NCBI GenBank assembly: GCA_028866135.1
Contig: JAGWIS010000003.1
Coordinates: 1-43,654 of the forward strand
DNA from: Patescibacteria group bacterium
Lineage (GTDB): Bacteria > Patescibacteriota > Minisyncoccia > Phycocordibacterales > Phycocordibacteraceae
Length of the DNA stretch: 43,654 nucleotides
Direction: 5' to 3'
Positions 26,446 through 35,602 of this stretch are shown piece after piece (position 1 is the stretch's first letter; the number at the start of each line of letters is the position of its first letter). The translations under genes and the position numbers were made by a program. The notes beneath the pieces are model-generated. The model ran no database searches, was not told the origin of the DNA, and saw only the letters and a program-made list of their open reading frames with translations.

Positions 26446-27798
26446 ATGAACAAAGGGGATCCTCGAGAACTGTGGGAGTACGTCCTCACGCAAGTCGAGC
26501 TTTCCATTTCTCCGGCGAACTTCAATACCTGGTTCCGCAATAGCTTCATCGTGAAGATAGGGGAGGACGGCGTGGTGCACATCGGCGTGCCGAGCCAGTT
26601 CTTCAAGGATTGGTATCTGAAGAAATTCCACACCCTCCTTCTCAAGATCATCCGTGACGTGTCCTACGAATTCCGCAACATCGAATACGCAATCATGAAA
26701 GACGAGCATCGCCGAATCCCAAAAGAAACCAAGAATACGCGCGGCGCAATCGAGCTTCCTCTCGAAGATTTCTACATCAACAAGAGTGATAATTTGAACC
26801 CGCGCTACACTTTCGACACTTTTGTCATCGGATCGTTCAACAATCTTGCATACGCCGCCGCGCAAGCTGCGCTTGAGCGGCCGGGCATTACCTACAACCC
26901 TCTCTTCATCTATGGAGACACTGGCCGGGGAAAGACGCATCTCATACAGGCGATCGGGAACCATTTCAAGAAGCAGTACCAAGGACGGAAGGTTTTCTAC
27001 CTCACCTCGGAAAAATTCGTTGTTGATTACACCGACGCCGTGCAAGCGGGCACCGCAAACCGCTTTAAAGACAAATATCGTCAGTACGACCTGCTCATCA
27101 TGGATGATGTGCAGTTCCTTTCGAAGAAAGACAAGACCCAAGAGGAGCTCTTCCATCTCTTCAACGCGCTTTACGACACGAATAAACAGATTATTTTTTC
27201 TTCGGACCGCGCGCCCGCCGCCATACCCGACATCGCCGAGCGCCTCAAAGGGCGCCTCGCAAGCGGCATGACTGTGGATATCGGCGAGCCTGACCCGGAA
27301 TCAAGGATGGCTATTATTCGTAAAAAAGCGTCTTCGCACGGCGTATTATTGTCGGATGAGGTTGTTGATTATGTTGCGACCACGATCCACGGCTCGATAC
27401 GGGAACTTGAAGGGATGGTGAACAGCATCATTTGCCACGCCCAAGTGAAGGGATCTGCCCCTGATATCGCCGAAGTGCGTCAGTCGCTGCGCTCGTTCAC
27501 CCGTCCGCAGAAGAATATTTCGGTTAAGAATGTGGTTGATAAGGTCGCTGAATTCTATGGGATCGATGAAGAGAGTGTGTACGAGAAGACTCGGCGGAGG
27601 GAGGTGGTGCGTCCGCGGCAGATCATCATGTATATCCTCCGGGAGGATTTCCGTATCTCGTACCCGACCATCGGCGCGAAGCTTGGCGGGCGCGATCACA
27701 CGACCGTTATCCACTCGTGTGAAAAAATAAAACGTGAAATCGTTGGGGATAATGAGCTCGCACAAGAGATTCAAAATATCCGCACTCTTCTTGTATGA
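26446..27798 (+). CDS. dnaA: Chromosomal replication initiator DnaA
   Basis: LNPRYTFDTFV, YNPLFIYG..GRGKTHL, DDVQFL, QEELFH, RDHTTVIH. Confidence 0.98.
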   Translation: MNKGDPRELWEYVLTQVELSISPANFNTWFRNSFIVKIGEDGVVHIGVPSQFFKDWYLKKFHTLLLKIIRDVSYEFRNIEYAIMKDEHRRIPKETKNTRGAIELPLEDFYINKSDNLNPRYTFDTFVIGSFNNLAYAAAQAALERPGITYNPLFIYGDTGRGKTHLIQAIGNHFKKQYQGRKVFYLTSEKFVVDYTDAVQAGTANRFKDKYRQYDLLIMDDVQFLSKKDKTQEELFHLFNALYDTNKQIIFSSDRAPAAIPDIAERLKGRLASGMTVDIGEPDPESRMAIIRKKASSHGVLLSDEVVDYVATTIHGSIRELEGMVNSIICHAQVKGSAPDIAEVRQSLRSFTRPQKNISVKNVVDKVAEFYGIDEESVYEKTRRREVVRPRQIIMYILREDFRISYPTIGAKLGGRDHTTVIHSCEKIKREIVGDNELAQEIQNIRTLLV

Positions 27799-27917
27799 CT
27801 ATATACCTGTATACATCAACACTTTATAAGAAATATATGTCTCTAGAAAGGTTGTCATTACTTTGTATTTTGTGTTTTTCCACCTATCAACACCCTTAAT
27901 AAGAATCGTATGATTAT
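27799..27917. other. Putative oriC unwinding region
   Basis: AT-rich dnaA-dnaN spacer ending in degenerate tandem boxes TTTTCCACC-TATCAACA, then CCC, then NAN triplets (TAA TAA GAA tcg TAT GAT TAT). Confidence 0.55.
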
Positions 27918-29010
27918 TTCAATAGAAAAAAATAAATTCTCTGACGCAGTGCATACCGTCTCGCGGTTTGCTGAACGTAAGAGCTCCACACTCCACGTTC
28001 TCTCATCGATACTTATCATCGCCGGAGATGAGGGGATAAAAATGCGCGCTACGAACCTAGAAACTGGCGTCGATCTAAAAATAGAAGGTGAGTGTACGAG
28101 TAAAGGTGTCGTTGCTATTCCGGCGATGGTACTACAGCAGATCGCCACCTCTTTCACACAAGATGGGAAAATAAACATAGAACACATAGGGGATATCATC
28201 TCGATTACGAGCGGCACGGGTAAAAGTTCTATAAAGACCGTCCCGTATGATGATTTCCCCTCAATACCATTCCCGGAAAATCCAAAAAACAGAATCATCC
28301 TTTCCGGGACTCTTCTTCGCACCCTTTTCACCTCCATAGCTTCATGCGCGTCCTCCTCGACTGTTCGTCCCGAACTAGCAAGCATTTATCTTTCCATCGA
28401 AGGAGGAGTTCTTACCGCGGTCGCCACCGACTCCTTCCGGCTCGCCGAAAAAAAGGTGCCACTCGTGAGCAAAGGGACGCAAGGCAGATTCCTTATTCCC
28501 GCGAAAAACGCTCTCGATATAGCGCAAGCGCTCCCCGACGCGGACGTTATAGTCTCATTCGACGAACACCAATGCGCATTTGTGAGCGATACAAGCATGC
28601 TTGTATCGCGGCTCACAAACGCGGTCTATCCGGATTACCGCCAGATCATACCGAAAGAATCAGTTGTTGAAGCGGTGATGCTACGCAAGGATTTCGAGCA
28701 GGCGCTCAAACGGACGACGATCTTTTCGGACACGTTCCAGAAAATACGTACCGGTTTCGATCCAAAGAAAAACCTCTTTTCTTTGTTCGCAAAAAATGCC
28801 GATATCGGAGAATCGTCGGAGACGATTCCAGCGCGTGTTTCCGGCAGCGCGCTCGAACTCTCGTTCAATCATCGCTACCTCTCTGCCGTGCTTGCGCTCA
28901 CGGGCGCGGAAAGCATCACGCTTCTTGCCGCCGGCGTCGGACGACCGCTCATTATAAAAGGCGTGGGCGACACCTCGCTTCTCTATCTGGTCTCCCCAAT
29001 GAACCAATAG
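27910..29010 (+). CDS. dnaN: DNA polymerase III beta clamp
   Basis: ATNLE, VATDSFRLA, SRL....YPDYRQIIP, C-terminal YLVSPM. Confidence 0.96.
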   Translation: MIISIEKNKFSDAVHTVSRFAERKSSTLHVLSSILIIAGDEGIKMRATNLETGVDLKIEGECTSKGVVAIPAMVLQQIATSFTQDGKINIEHIGDIISITSGTGKSSIKTVPYDDFPSIPFPENPKNRIILSGTLLRTLFTSIASCASSSTVRPELASIYLSIEGGVLTAVATDSFRLAEKKVPLVSKGTQGRFLIPAKNALDIAQALPDADVIVSFDEHQCAFVSDTSMLVSRLTNAVYPDYRQIIPKESVVEAVMLRKDFEQALKRTTIFSDTFQKIRTGFDPKKNLFSLFAKNADIGESSETIPARVSGSALELSFNHRYLSAVLALTGAESITLLAAGVGRPLIIKGVGDTSLLYLVSPMNQ

Positions 29011-29013
29011 GTT

Positions 29014-31176
29014 CTACGGCGTTGTTGTTGCGGTCTCCATTGAGAGCGGCACGGGGAGCATCACGCCGCCCGAGAAAAGGTACGGATGGCTTGCGTACCA
29101 CGCCGCGATTCCATACTCCCAATACTGGAATTGCGGATCGGTCGACGGGTCTGCAGGAGCCGGCCCTTGCGGGTTGTTCTTGTCGGTCCAGTAGAGGAGG
29201 CTGTGGGGCATGATGCTCCCTTGCTTGTCGGGAACACGCCAATTCCCTTGGAGCATGGGTGGGACGGAAGAAAGGATTGGACTCGGCTCGCCGAAGTACG
29301 TCTTCGGGTACTTCGATAGCGCGTAGGCCATCGCCGCATGCCACATCGGTGCCGCGATGAATCCGGCGATCGATTTCACCATCGGCGTGTTGTCGTTGTT
29401 TCCGGCCCAGACGCCGAGCGCGATTGAGGGCGTGTAGCCGATGACCCACGCGTCGCGCGTATCGTTCGTCGTGCCCGTCTTCACCGCCACATCGTAGCCG
29501 GGGAAGGAGAGCGGCGAGTCGAGCGGGTATTCGGGAAGTCGGGCGGACGCGTCGGAGAGCATCGCGGAGATGTCGCGCGCGACGCGCGCGGGCAGAACGG
29601 TCGAGGATTGCGGAGCGAATTGTTCGAGCACCTTCCCGTTTGCGTCATCGACCTCAAGTATCCCGGTCGGCGTATTTTTCACCCCGTCGTTCGCGAAGGC
29701 GGCGTAGGCGCCGGTAAGGTCGAGAAGGCGGACTTCGCCGCCGCCGAGCACAAGCGTGAGTCCGTACTGATTCGGGTCGCCGAGCGTCGTAAGCCCGAAT
29801 GATTTCGCGAGATTTACGGCATCCTGGATCCCGACAAGATACAGCACCTTGATGGCGGGGATGTTGATGGACTGGGCAAGCGCCGTCTCAAAAGTCATGG
29901 GGCCGCGAAACGCGCCGTCGAAGTTGAGCGGCGCATAGCACGGGGCCACGTTGTTTTCGGTGTCGGAGGGCTTGCAGGCGGTCGAAAATTGCGTCGGGAC
30001 GTCGAAGACGACCGTATCTCGCGTGTAGCCGCGCATGAGCGCGAGCGAGTAGATGAAGGGCTTCATGGTCGAGCCGGGCTGTCGGGAGGCGAGCGCGGCG
30101 TTGTACTGGCCGTCGATAGCGGTGTCGAAGAAATTGCGCGAGCCGACCATCGCGAGTATCTGCCCGGTCGGAGGGTCGATGGCCACGAGAGAGGCGTTTG
30201 AGGCCTTGAATTTCTTCTCATTATCGAGCGCGTATGCGTGTACTATGGATTCGGCCTTCACTTCGAGATCCGCGTCGAGAGTGGTGATGACTTTCAGTCC
30301 GGAAATAAGCGCCTGGGAACCATACTCATTCTCAAGCTGGTTCAGGATGTAAAACACGAAATGGGGGGCGATGATCGAGTTCTGGCCCGCGGGTGCGAAG
30401 GACACTTTCTCCGCCTTCGCGGCGGCATAAGCGGCGTCATCTATGAACCCGAGCGTGTGCATGCGTTCGAGCACGAGATCCTTGCGCGCCGCCAATTCGT
30501 CCTGGTGCGCGCCGTACGGGGAATAATAAGAAGGAGCCTGTATCATCGCGGCGAGGTATGCGGCTTCGGCGAGCGAGAGATCTTTCGCCGGTTTGCCGAA
30601 ATAAGACTCGGCGGCGGCCTCGATGCCGTAGAGCGTTCCGCCATACGGGATGTTGTTGAGATAGGTTTCGAGGATCTGGTCTTTCGAGTAGATCTGTTCG
30701 AGCTTAATGGCAAGCATCCACTCGTTTATCTTCCGGACAATGCTCTTCTGAGACGTCAGGAGCTCGTTCTTCACAACCTGCTGGGTGATGGTCGATCCTC
30801 CCTGGGAGAGCCCCCCGCTAAGCGCGTCGGCGAATATGGCGCGGATGATGGAGGTCAGACGGATGCCCCCATGCTCGTAGAAGCTTGAGTCTTCGATCGC
30901 GATAGTCGCGTTTATGGTGTTTGGCGAGATCGCGGAAAGGGGAACAATGTTGCGCTTCGCGTCCCGGTTGTAATCGTAGAGAAGCACTTGGCCGGTGCGA
31001 TCGTAAATTTTTGTCGACTGATTGATCTGGCGGGAGGAAAAAGAGCTTATGTCGGGAACGGGAGTGACTGCAACGGCAAGAAGGACGCCCCCTCCGACGA
31101 GAAGACCGAGCCCGAGAAGCGCGAGCACGGATGCAAAAAGAGTATGCCGCCCCCGGGCGTGTCGCCAAACATTCAT
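29014..31176 (-). CDS. Class A penicillin-binding protein (PBP1A family)
   Basis: Transglycosylase EDSSFYEHGG, GGSTITQQ; transpeptidase STMK, SIN, KTGT. Confidence 0.95.
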   Translation of the reverse strand: MNVWRHARGRHTLFASVLALLGLGLLVGGGVLLAVAVTPVPDISSFSSRQINQSTKIYDRTGQVLLYDYNRDAKRNIVPLSAISPNTINATIAIEDSSFYEHGGIRLTSIIRAIFADALSGGLSQGGSTITQQVVKNELLTSQKSIVRKINEWMLAIKLEQIYSKDQILETYLNNIPYGGTLYGIEAAAESYFGKPAKDLSLAEAAYLAAMIQAPSYYSPYGAHQDELAARKDLVLERMHTLGFIDDAAYAAAKAEKVSFAPAGQNSIIAPHFVFYILNQLENEYGSQALISGLKVITTLDADLEVKAESIVHAYALDNEKKFKASNASLVAIDPPTGQILAMVGSRNFFDTAIDGQYNAALASRQPGSTMKPFIYSLALMRGYTRDTVVFDVPTQFSTACKPSDTENNVAPCYAPLNFDGAFRGPMTFETALAQSINIPAIKVLYLVGIQDAVNLAKSFGLTTLGDPNQYGLTLVLGGGEVRLLDLTGAYAAFANDGVKNTPTGILEVDDANGKVLEQFAPQSSTVLPARVARDISAMLSDASARLPEYPLDSPLSFPGYDVAVKTGTTNDTRDAWVIGYTPSIALGVWAGNNDNTPMVKSIAGFIAAPMWHAAMAYALSKYPKTYFGEPSPILSSVPPMLQGNWRVPDKQGSIMPHSLLYWTDKNNPQGPAPADPSTDPQFQYWEYGIAAWYASHPYLFSGGVMLPVPLSMETATTTP

Positions 31177-31210
31177 GCGTATATGCTAGCACGCACCCGC
31201 TTTCGGAATG

Positions 31211-31315
31211 CTAATAGCTTTCTTCGTCCTCAAAAATTTTTTCCGTTTCTTCTTCACCCTCATCCATTTCGTCTATCTCCGGATCTTCGTCAAGCAAGAC
31301 CTCTTCTTCGTCCAT
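31211..31315 (-). CDS. Unannotated 34-aa hyperacidic peptide
   Basis: MDEEEVLLDEDPEIDEMDEGEEETEKIFEDEESY*; 20/34 Asp/Glu; candidate TTGCGC-17nt-CACTAT promoter upstream. Confidence 0.7.
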   Translation of the reverse strand: MDEEEVLLDEDPEIDEMDEGEEETEKIFEDEESY

Positions 31316-31406
31316 ACGCTGTAAATATGATTAAAGCTGTTCCTTGCGGGGGTATAGTGGAACAAAAATTTTTATCGCGCAAGATACCCTCGGCACCCGG
31401 TGTGGA

Positions 31407-31883
31407 TTAGCGCCGGGAAAGGCCGGAAACGAGCGCGGTAATGCCAATGGCGATGGCATCGAGCTCGTCATCGAGGCGCTTCTTTTCGGGAAGCGAAAGG
31501 AGCCGGGGAACCATTCCCGCGATGGCTTTTTTGTCCGAGCCTCCGTGGCCCGTGACCGCGAGCTTTATCTGCTGCGGCGAACACTCAATGACCGGCAGGG
31601 AAGCGCGCCCGGCTGCGGCGAGCACCGCGCCGCGCGCCTCGGCGACCCCGAGCGCCGTTTTTTTGTTGACGCTAAAGAAGAGTGTTTCGATAGCGAGCGC
31701 CTGCGGCGCATAGGTTTTGATGGCGTCCGAAACCGCACGCGCCACGTGCGCAAGACGATCTTCACGCGCGCCTTTTCCCGGAAGCACGCACATACTCATC
31801 ACGAGCGTCGGGCGCGAAGGATTGCCCTCGATGACGGCGATGCCGAGGCGATCGTAGCCCGGATCAATCGCCAGTATTCTCAT
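31407..31883 (-). CDS. ruvC: Holliday junction resolvase RuvC
   Basis: ILAIDPG, AIETLFF, PQQIKLAVTG.G..DK, DDELDAIAI. Confidence 0.95.
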   Translation of the reverse strand: MRILAIDPGYDRLGIAVIEGNPSRPTLVMSMCVLPGKGAREDRLAHVARAVSDAIKTYAPQALAIETLFFSVNKKTALGVAEARGAVLAAAGRASLPVIECSPQQIKLAVTGHGGSDKKAIAGMVPRLLSLPEKKRLDDELDAIAIGITALVSGLSRR

Positions 31884-32418
31884 AGCCGCGCGCGTTCGTG
31901 AACACCTGCTGCACGTCCTCATGGTCGTCGAGCGCTTCGAGAATTGTCTGGAGCCGACCCTCCTCTTCTTCGGCCACCTCCAGAAGCGGTTCGTTCGGGG
32001 CGTAGGCGGCGCCGGTTTTCGTAAACGCCCAGCTCGCCGCGCCTGGCGCGGCGAGCTCGACACCGCGCTCCACAAGAAGATGCTTCACTTCCTGAGTGGT
32101 GCGGTTTTTGTTATCGGTAAGCGCATCAACGAGAATCGCGACGCCGCCCGGGCCGTACGCTTCATACACGACCTGCTCCAGGTTGCCGGAATCCTTTGAG
32201 ATGCCTTTCGCGATAGCGCGTTCGATATTTTCTTTCGGCATGTTGGCCGCTTTTGCGCGTGCGATGGCGACGGAAAGCCCTGGTGCAGAAAGGACACCAT
32301 TCGCTTTTTTCGATTCAAGCGCGATGAGGCGCGCGTAGCGCGAGAAGACGCGGCTCTTCGCGGCGTCGGTCACCGACTTCTGGCGCTTAATCTGGGACCA
32401 TTTGCTGTGTCCGGACAT
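31864..32418 (-). CDS. yebC: YebC/PmpR family protein (short, 184 aa)
   Basis: MSGHSKWSQIKRQK, NMPKENIERAI, YEAYGPGG, TDNKNRT, DDHEDVQQVFTN. Confidence 0.93.
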   Translation of the reverse strand: MSGHSKWSQIKRQKSVTDAAKSRVFSRYARLIALESKKANGVLSAPGLSVAIARAKAANMPKENIERAIAKGISKDSGNLEQVVYEAYGPGGVAILVDALTDNKNRTTQEVKHLLVERGVELAAPGAASWAFTKTGAAYAPNEPLLEVAEEEEGRLQTILEALDDHEDVQQVFTNARGYENTGD

Positions 32419-32441
32419 GAGATAGGGGGAACGGGCGAATC

Positions 32442-33437
32442 TTACGCCAAAATATTTTCTTCGCCAAGAAACGCGCGGCCAGAGGAGGTCAGTATGCGGC
32501 CGCGCGGCGAACGCTCAATGAAGCCGAGACGAAGGAGATAGGGCTCGTACACATACTCGACCGTGTCGGAATCTTCATGGAGCGCGGCTGCGATTGCGCG
32601 GACGCCGGCAGGGCCGCCACGAAAGCCCCTCAGAAGCGTTTCGAGATAGCGACGGTCGTCTTTCGTGAGGCCATGCGCATCGATGCCAAAAAGTTCGCAG
32701 GCTTCATCGCAGAGCGCGGCCGAAAGCTCGCGGCCATGCACTTCGGAGAAATCGCGAACGCGCTTCAGAAGCGCGTTCGCGACGCGCGGCGTCGCCCGGC
32801 TTCGTGCGGCTATGCGTTCGATGACCTCTTCGGGCGCTTCGAGCTTCAGGAGGCCCGCTGAGCGGCGGATGATGTCGCGCACATCCTCATCGCTGTAAAA
32901 GTCGAGCTGATAGATGCCGCCGCCGAAGCGCGAACGAAGCGGTCCCGAAAGTTCTGCGACACGCGTGGTCGCGCCGACGAGCGTGAAGGGCGGAAGCGCG
33001 AGTTCTATGGTGCGAGCGGAAGGGCCCTTCCCGAGGATGATGTCGAGATGCCCGGACTCGAGAGCGGGGTAGAGAAGCTCCTCGATCTTGCGCGAAAGGC
33101 GGTGAATCTCGTCGATAAAGAGGACTGTATTCGGCTCGAGGTTCGTAAGTATTGCCGCAAGATCACCCGAGCGCTCAATGGCGACGCCAGAAGTCGTTTT
33201 CAAAGGCGAGCCAAGCGTTGCGGCAACCAAGTGAGCGAGCGTGGTTTTCCCGACGCCCGGCGGCCCGTAGAAAAGGATGTGCTCGGGCATGCTGCCGCGC
33301 TTCTTCGCCGCATCAATTGCCACGCGTACGTTTGCTTTCACCTGCTTCTGCCCCACGTATTCGTCCCAGTGAGAAGGGCGCAGAGCCGCGTCAAGCGACG
33401 AGGAGAGGGAAGGAGCGCCGTCCAAAGGGGTTGACAT
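32442..33437 (-). CDS. ruvB: Holliday junction branch-migration ATPase RuvB
   Basis: LRP, GPPGVGKTT, FIDEIHR, GATTR, RATPRVAN, EPYL, PRGR. Confidence 0.97.
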   Translation of the reverse strand: MSTPLDGAPSLSSSLDAALRPSHWDEYVGQKQVKANVRVAIDAAKKRGSMPEHILFYGPPGVGKTTLAHLVAATLGSPLKTTSGVAIERSGDLAAILTNLEPNTVLFIDEIHRLSRKIEELLYPALESGHLDIILGKGPSARTIELALPPFTLVGATTRVAELSGPLRSRFGGGIYQLDFYSDEDVRDIIRRSAGLLKLEAPEEVIERIAARSRATPRVANALLKRVRDFSEVHGRELSAALCDEACELFGIDAHGLTKDDRRYLETLLRGFRGGPAGVRAIAAALHEDSDTVEYVYEPYLLRLGFIERSPRGRILTSSGRAFLGEENILA

Positions 33438-33467
33438 AAAAGTGGTATATGCTAGCATTCTACCACA

Positions 33468-33602
33468 CCCGGACAGTACAAAACGGCGTCGCTCTTCAGC
33501 ATAAAATGTGTCTCCTCTTGCATTGAGTGCATCATGCACTTCTCGCGCGAGTTCCACAATGGGCGGAAGAGCTTAAAAATGACGCCGTTTTGACATGCCG
33601 GG
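33468..33602. mobile_element. Palindromic element (CCCGG...GGCGTCG family, copy 2)
   Basis: CCCGG / CCGGG, CAAAACGGCGTC / GACGCCGTTTTG (12 bp) and GCTCTTC / GAAGAGC nested stems. Confidence 0.75.
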
Positions 33603-33613
33603 CATGGTTCTTC

Positions 33614-33771
33614 ATCCCGTTCATACTCCTCTAGGCAAGGCTTGACGGCTTTGGGCGTTTCCCCAAGGACTTTGTGGTCTGCTACTTCGGTAGTGGCGCT
33701 GCGGAACTCCTCAGGTGTCTCGTCTACCCCGCGTTACTGCGGGTTTTTGCCTGGAGGAGTATGCACGGGAT
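33614..33771 (+). other. 158-nt multibranch structured element (MITE or ncRNA)
   Basis: 25-bp closing stem ATCCCGTTCATACTCCTCTAGGCAA / TTGCCTGGAGGAGTATGCACGGGAT and three internal hairpins including a cUUCGg tetraloop. Confidence 0.7.
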
Positions 33772-33777
33772 TTTGTG

Positions 33778-35451
33778 TTAGGCCCGAGGAAGGTCGACAG
33801 TCCCGGCAACTTCCTCAAGCGAGGTGACGCCGTTTAGCGCTTTGATTATTCCGTCCTGGGCCATCGTGAGGTAGCCCTGCTTTGCGGCGACTTTCGAAAT
33901 TTCGTTTTCAGGCGGGTTATCACGGAGGAAGCGCGCGAGCTCGTCGTCCATGAAAATGGCTTCGTATAGGCCGATGCGCCCTTTATAGCCCGTCTCATCA
34001 TCATTTGCCGGAGCCGGCTCCCAGACCGTCTCTATTTTTTCAGGAATGAGCGATTTGTCGGCAAGCGGGGCAAATACTTTTTCAATCATCTTTTTCTCTT
34101 CGTCGGTGAGCGGACGCTCTTTTTTCTTACCCGGATCAAGTTTGCGGATCAAGCGTTGAGCCATCGAGACGGTGACGGCTGAGCCGAAGGATTTCGGGTC
34201 GGCGCCGAGATCGACGAGCCGCGGGAAGGTACCGGCGGCGTCGTTGGTGTGGAGCGTGGAGAAGACGAAGTGCCCGGTGAGCGCGGCCTGGATGGCGATG
34301 TTCGCCGTCTCGCCGTCGCGGATTTCGCCGACCATGATGATGTCGGGGTCCTGACGCACGATCGAACGGAGGCCTTCAGCGAACGTGTACTTTTGCCCCT
34401 CGACCTGCGTTTGCACGATGCCTTCGAGATGGTACTCGACCGGGTCTTCGATCGTGATGATCTTTATCTCCGGCGAGTGGATCTCGCGGAGGAATGAGTA
34501 GAGCGTCGTCGTTTTGCCGCTTCCGGTCGGGCCGGTCGTAAGGAGCATGCCGTTTGGCCTACGGATTTCCGTCTCGAGGCGCGCGAGAAGCTTCGGGTGG
34601 ATGCCGAGGTCCTTATACGAAACTTTCGTGGCTGCTGGGTCGAGGATGCGCATCACGATCGACTCACCATAGTTCCCGGGAATAAACGAAACACGCATCT
34701 CGATCTGGCTCGTTCCCTTTACGATGCTGAAGCGCCCGTCCTGCGCGCGGTTGGTGACGTTCAGTTTCACTCCCGAAAGGAGTTTGATGCGCGAATTGAG
34801 CTGGTGGTACGTGGCGGGATCAAAAAAGTACGTGTCAGAGAGAAGTCCGTCGATGCGGAGCCGCAACAGCGCCTTCTCTTCGCCCGGCTCGAAGTGGATG
34901 TCGGAAGCGCGAAGCGCGAAGGCGCCGGCAAGAACGGCCTCAAGCACGTGAGAGACACGGTCGAGCGCCTTGAGCCCTGTCGAGGAATCAAGCTCCTGCG
35001 TCAGCGTCTTCTTCCCGTCCTCCTCCCGATGCATCTTCTCGAGCATTCCCGGCGGGATGACGAACACGCCCGCTTTCGACTCGACGGTAAAGGTGAGGTC
35101 GGCGTACCGCGCGAAGACCCGATCGAGGCTTTTTTTCGAAACGAGAAACTTTTCCACGTGGAACCCGCGCGCGGCGAGATCCTCCTCAAGCGCCGGGAGC
35201 GCCGGATTGTTTGGATTATGGATGGCGAGCGAAAGGGCCTGCGCCGTTTTCTCGAAAGCCGCCGCTTCGGCCGCGCGCGCCTTTTCTTCAGGAATGACGC
35301 GGAGCGCGTCGTTGTCTATCTCCTTGAGCGAGAGGTCGGCATACGACATGCCGTACTTATCCGAGAGTATCTGAGCGACATCTTCTTCCTCTCGCTCGCG
35401 CACTCGGGACAGTTCTGTCTCCTCGCGCTCGGTATCAAAGGGTAAATCCAT
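33778..35451 (-). CDS. Second PilB/GspE-family secretion ATPase
   Basis: ASDIHFEP, AQDGRF, GPTGSGKT, TIEDPVEY, RQDPDIIMVGEIRD, TGH.VFSTLHTN. Confidence 0.93.
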   Translation of the reverse strand: MDLPFDTEREETELSRVREREEEDVAQILSDKYGMSYADLSLKEIDNDALRVIPEEKARAAEAAAFEKTAQALSLAIHNPNNPALPALEEDLAARGFHVEKFLVSKKSLDRVFARYADLTFTVESKAGVFVIPPGMLEKMHREEDGKKTLTQELDSSTGLKALDRVSHVLEAVLAGAFALRASDIHFEPGEEKALLRLRIDGLLSDTYFFDPATYHQLNSRIKLLSGVKLNVTNRAQDGRFSIVKGTSQIEMRVSFIPGNYGESIVMRILDPAATKVSYKDLGIHPKLLARLETEIRRPNGMLLTTGPTGSGKTTTLYSFLREIHSPEIKIITIEDPVEYHLEGIVQTQVEGQKYTFAEGLRSIVRQDPDIIMVGEIRDGETANIAIQAALTGHFVFSTLHTNDAAGTFPRLVDLGADPKSFGSAVTVSMAQRLIRKLDPGKKKERPLTDEEKKMIEKVFAPLADKSLIPEKIETVWEPAPANDDETGYKGRIGLYEAIFMDDELARFLRDNPPENEISKVAAKQGYLTMAQDGIIKALNGVTSLEEVAGTVDLPRA

Positions 35452-35507
35452 GAGATGAATGATAACAGAGTCGATAATAGCATCGGAAAGGCCAGGGAAG
35501 CGGGCAC

Positions 35508-35537
35508 TTGACAAATTACTATAAATGGTAGTACAAT
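35508..35537 (+). promoter_or_regulatory. Sigma70-type promoter
   Basis: TTGACA-18nt-TACAAT upstream of 35603; AAGGAG Shine-Dalgarno at about 35590. Confidence 0.65.
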
Positions 35538-35602
35538 TTGCCCGGAACTGAAGTCAGACCTTTGTCTACTGAAAACCAAACCTCTCACAAAGGAGTCGCG
35601 CC

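Noticed and set aside
30988-31410. 140-aa plus-strand ORF across the PBP-ruvC gap
   Set aside because: Antisense to PBP1A and to the acidic peptide, which explains the local pyrimidine bias better
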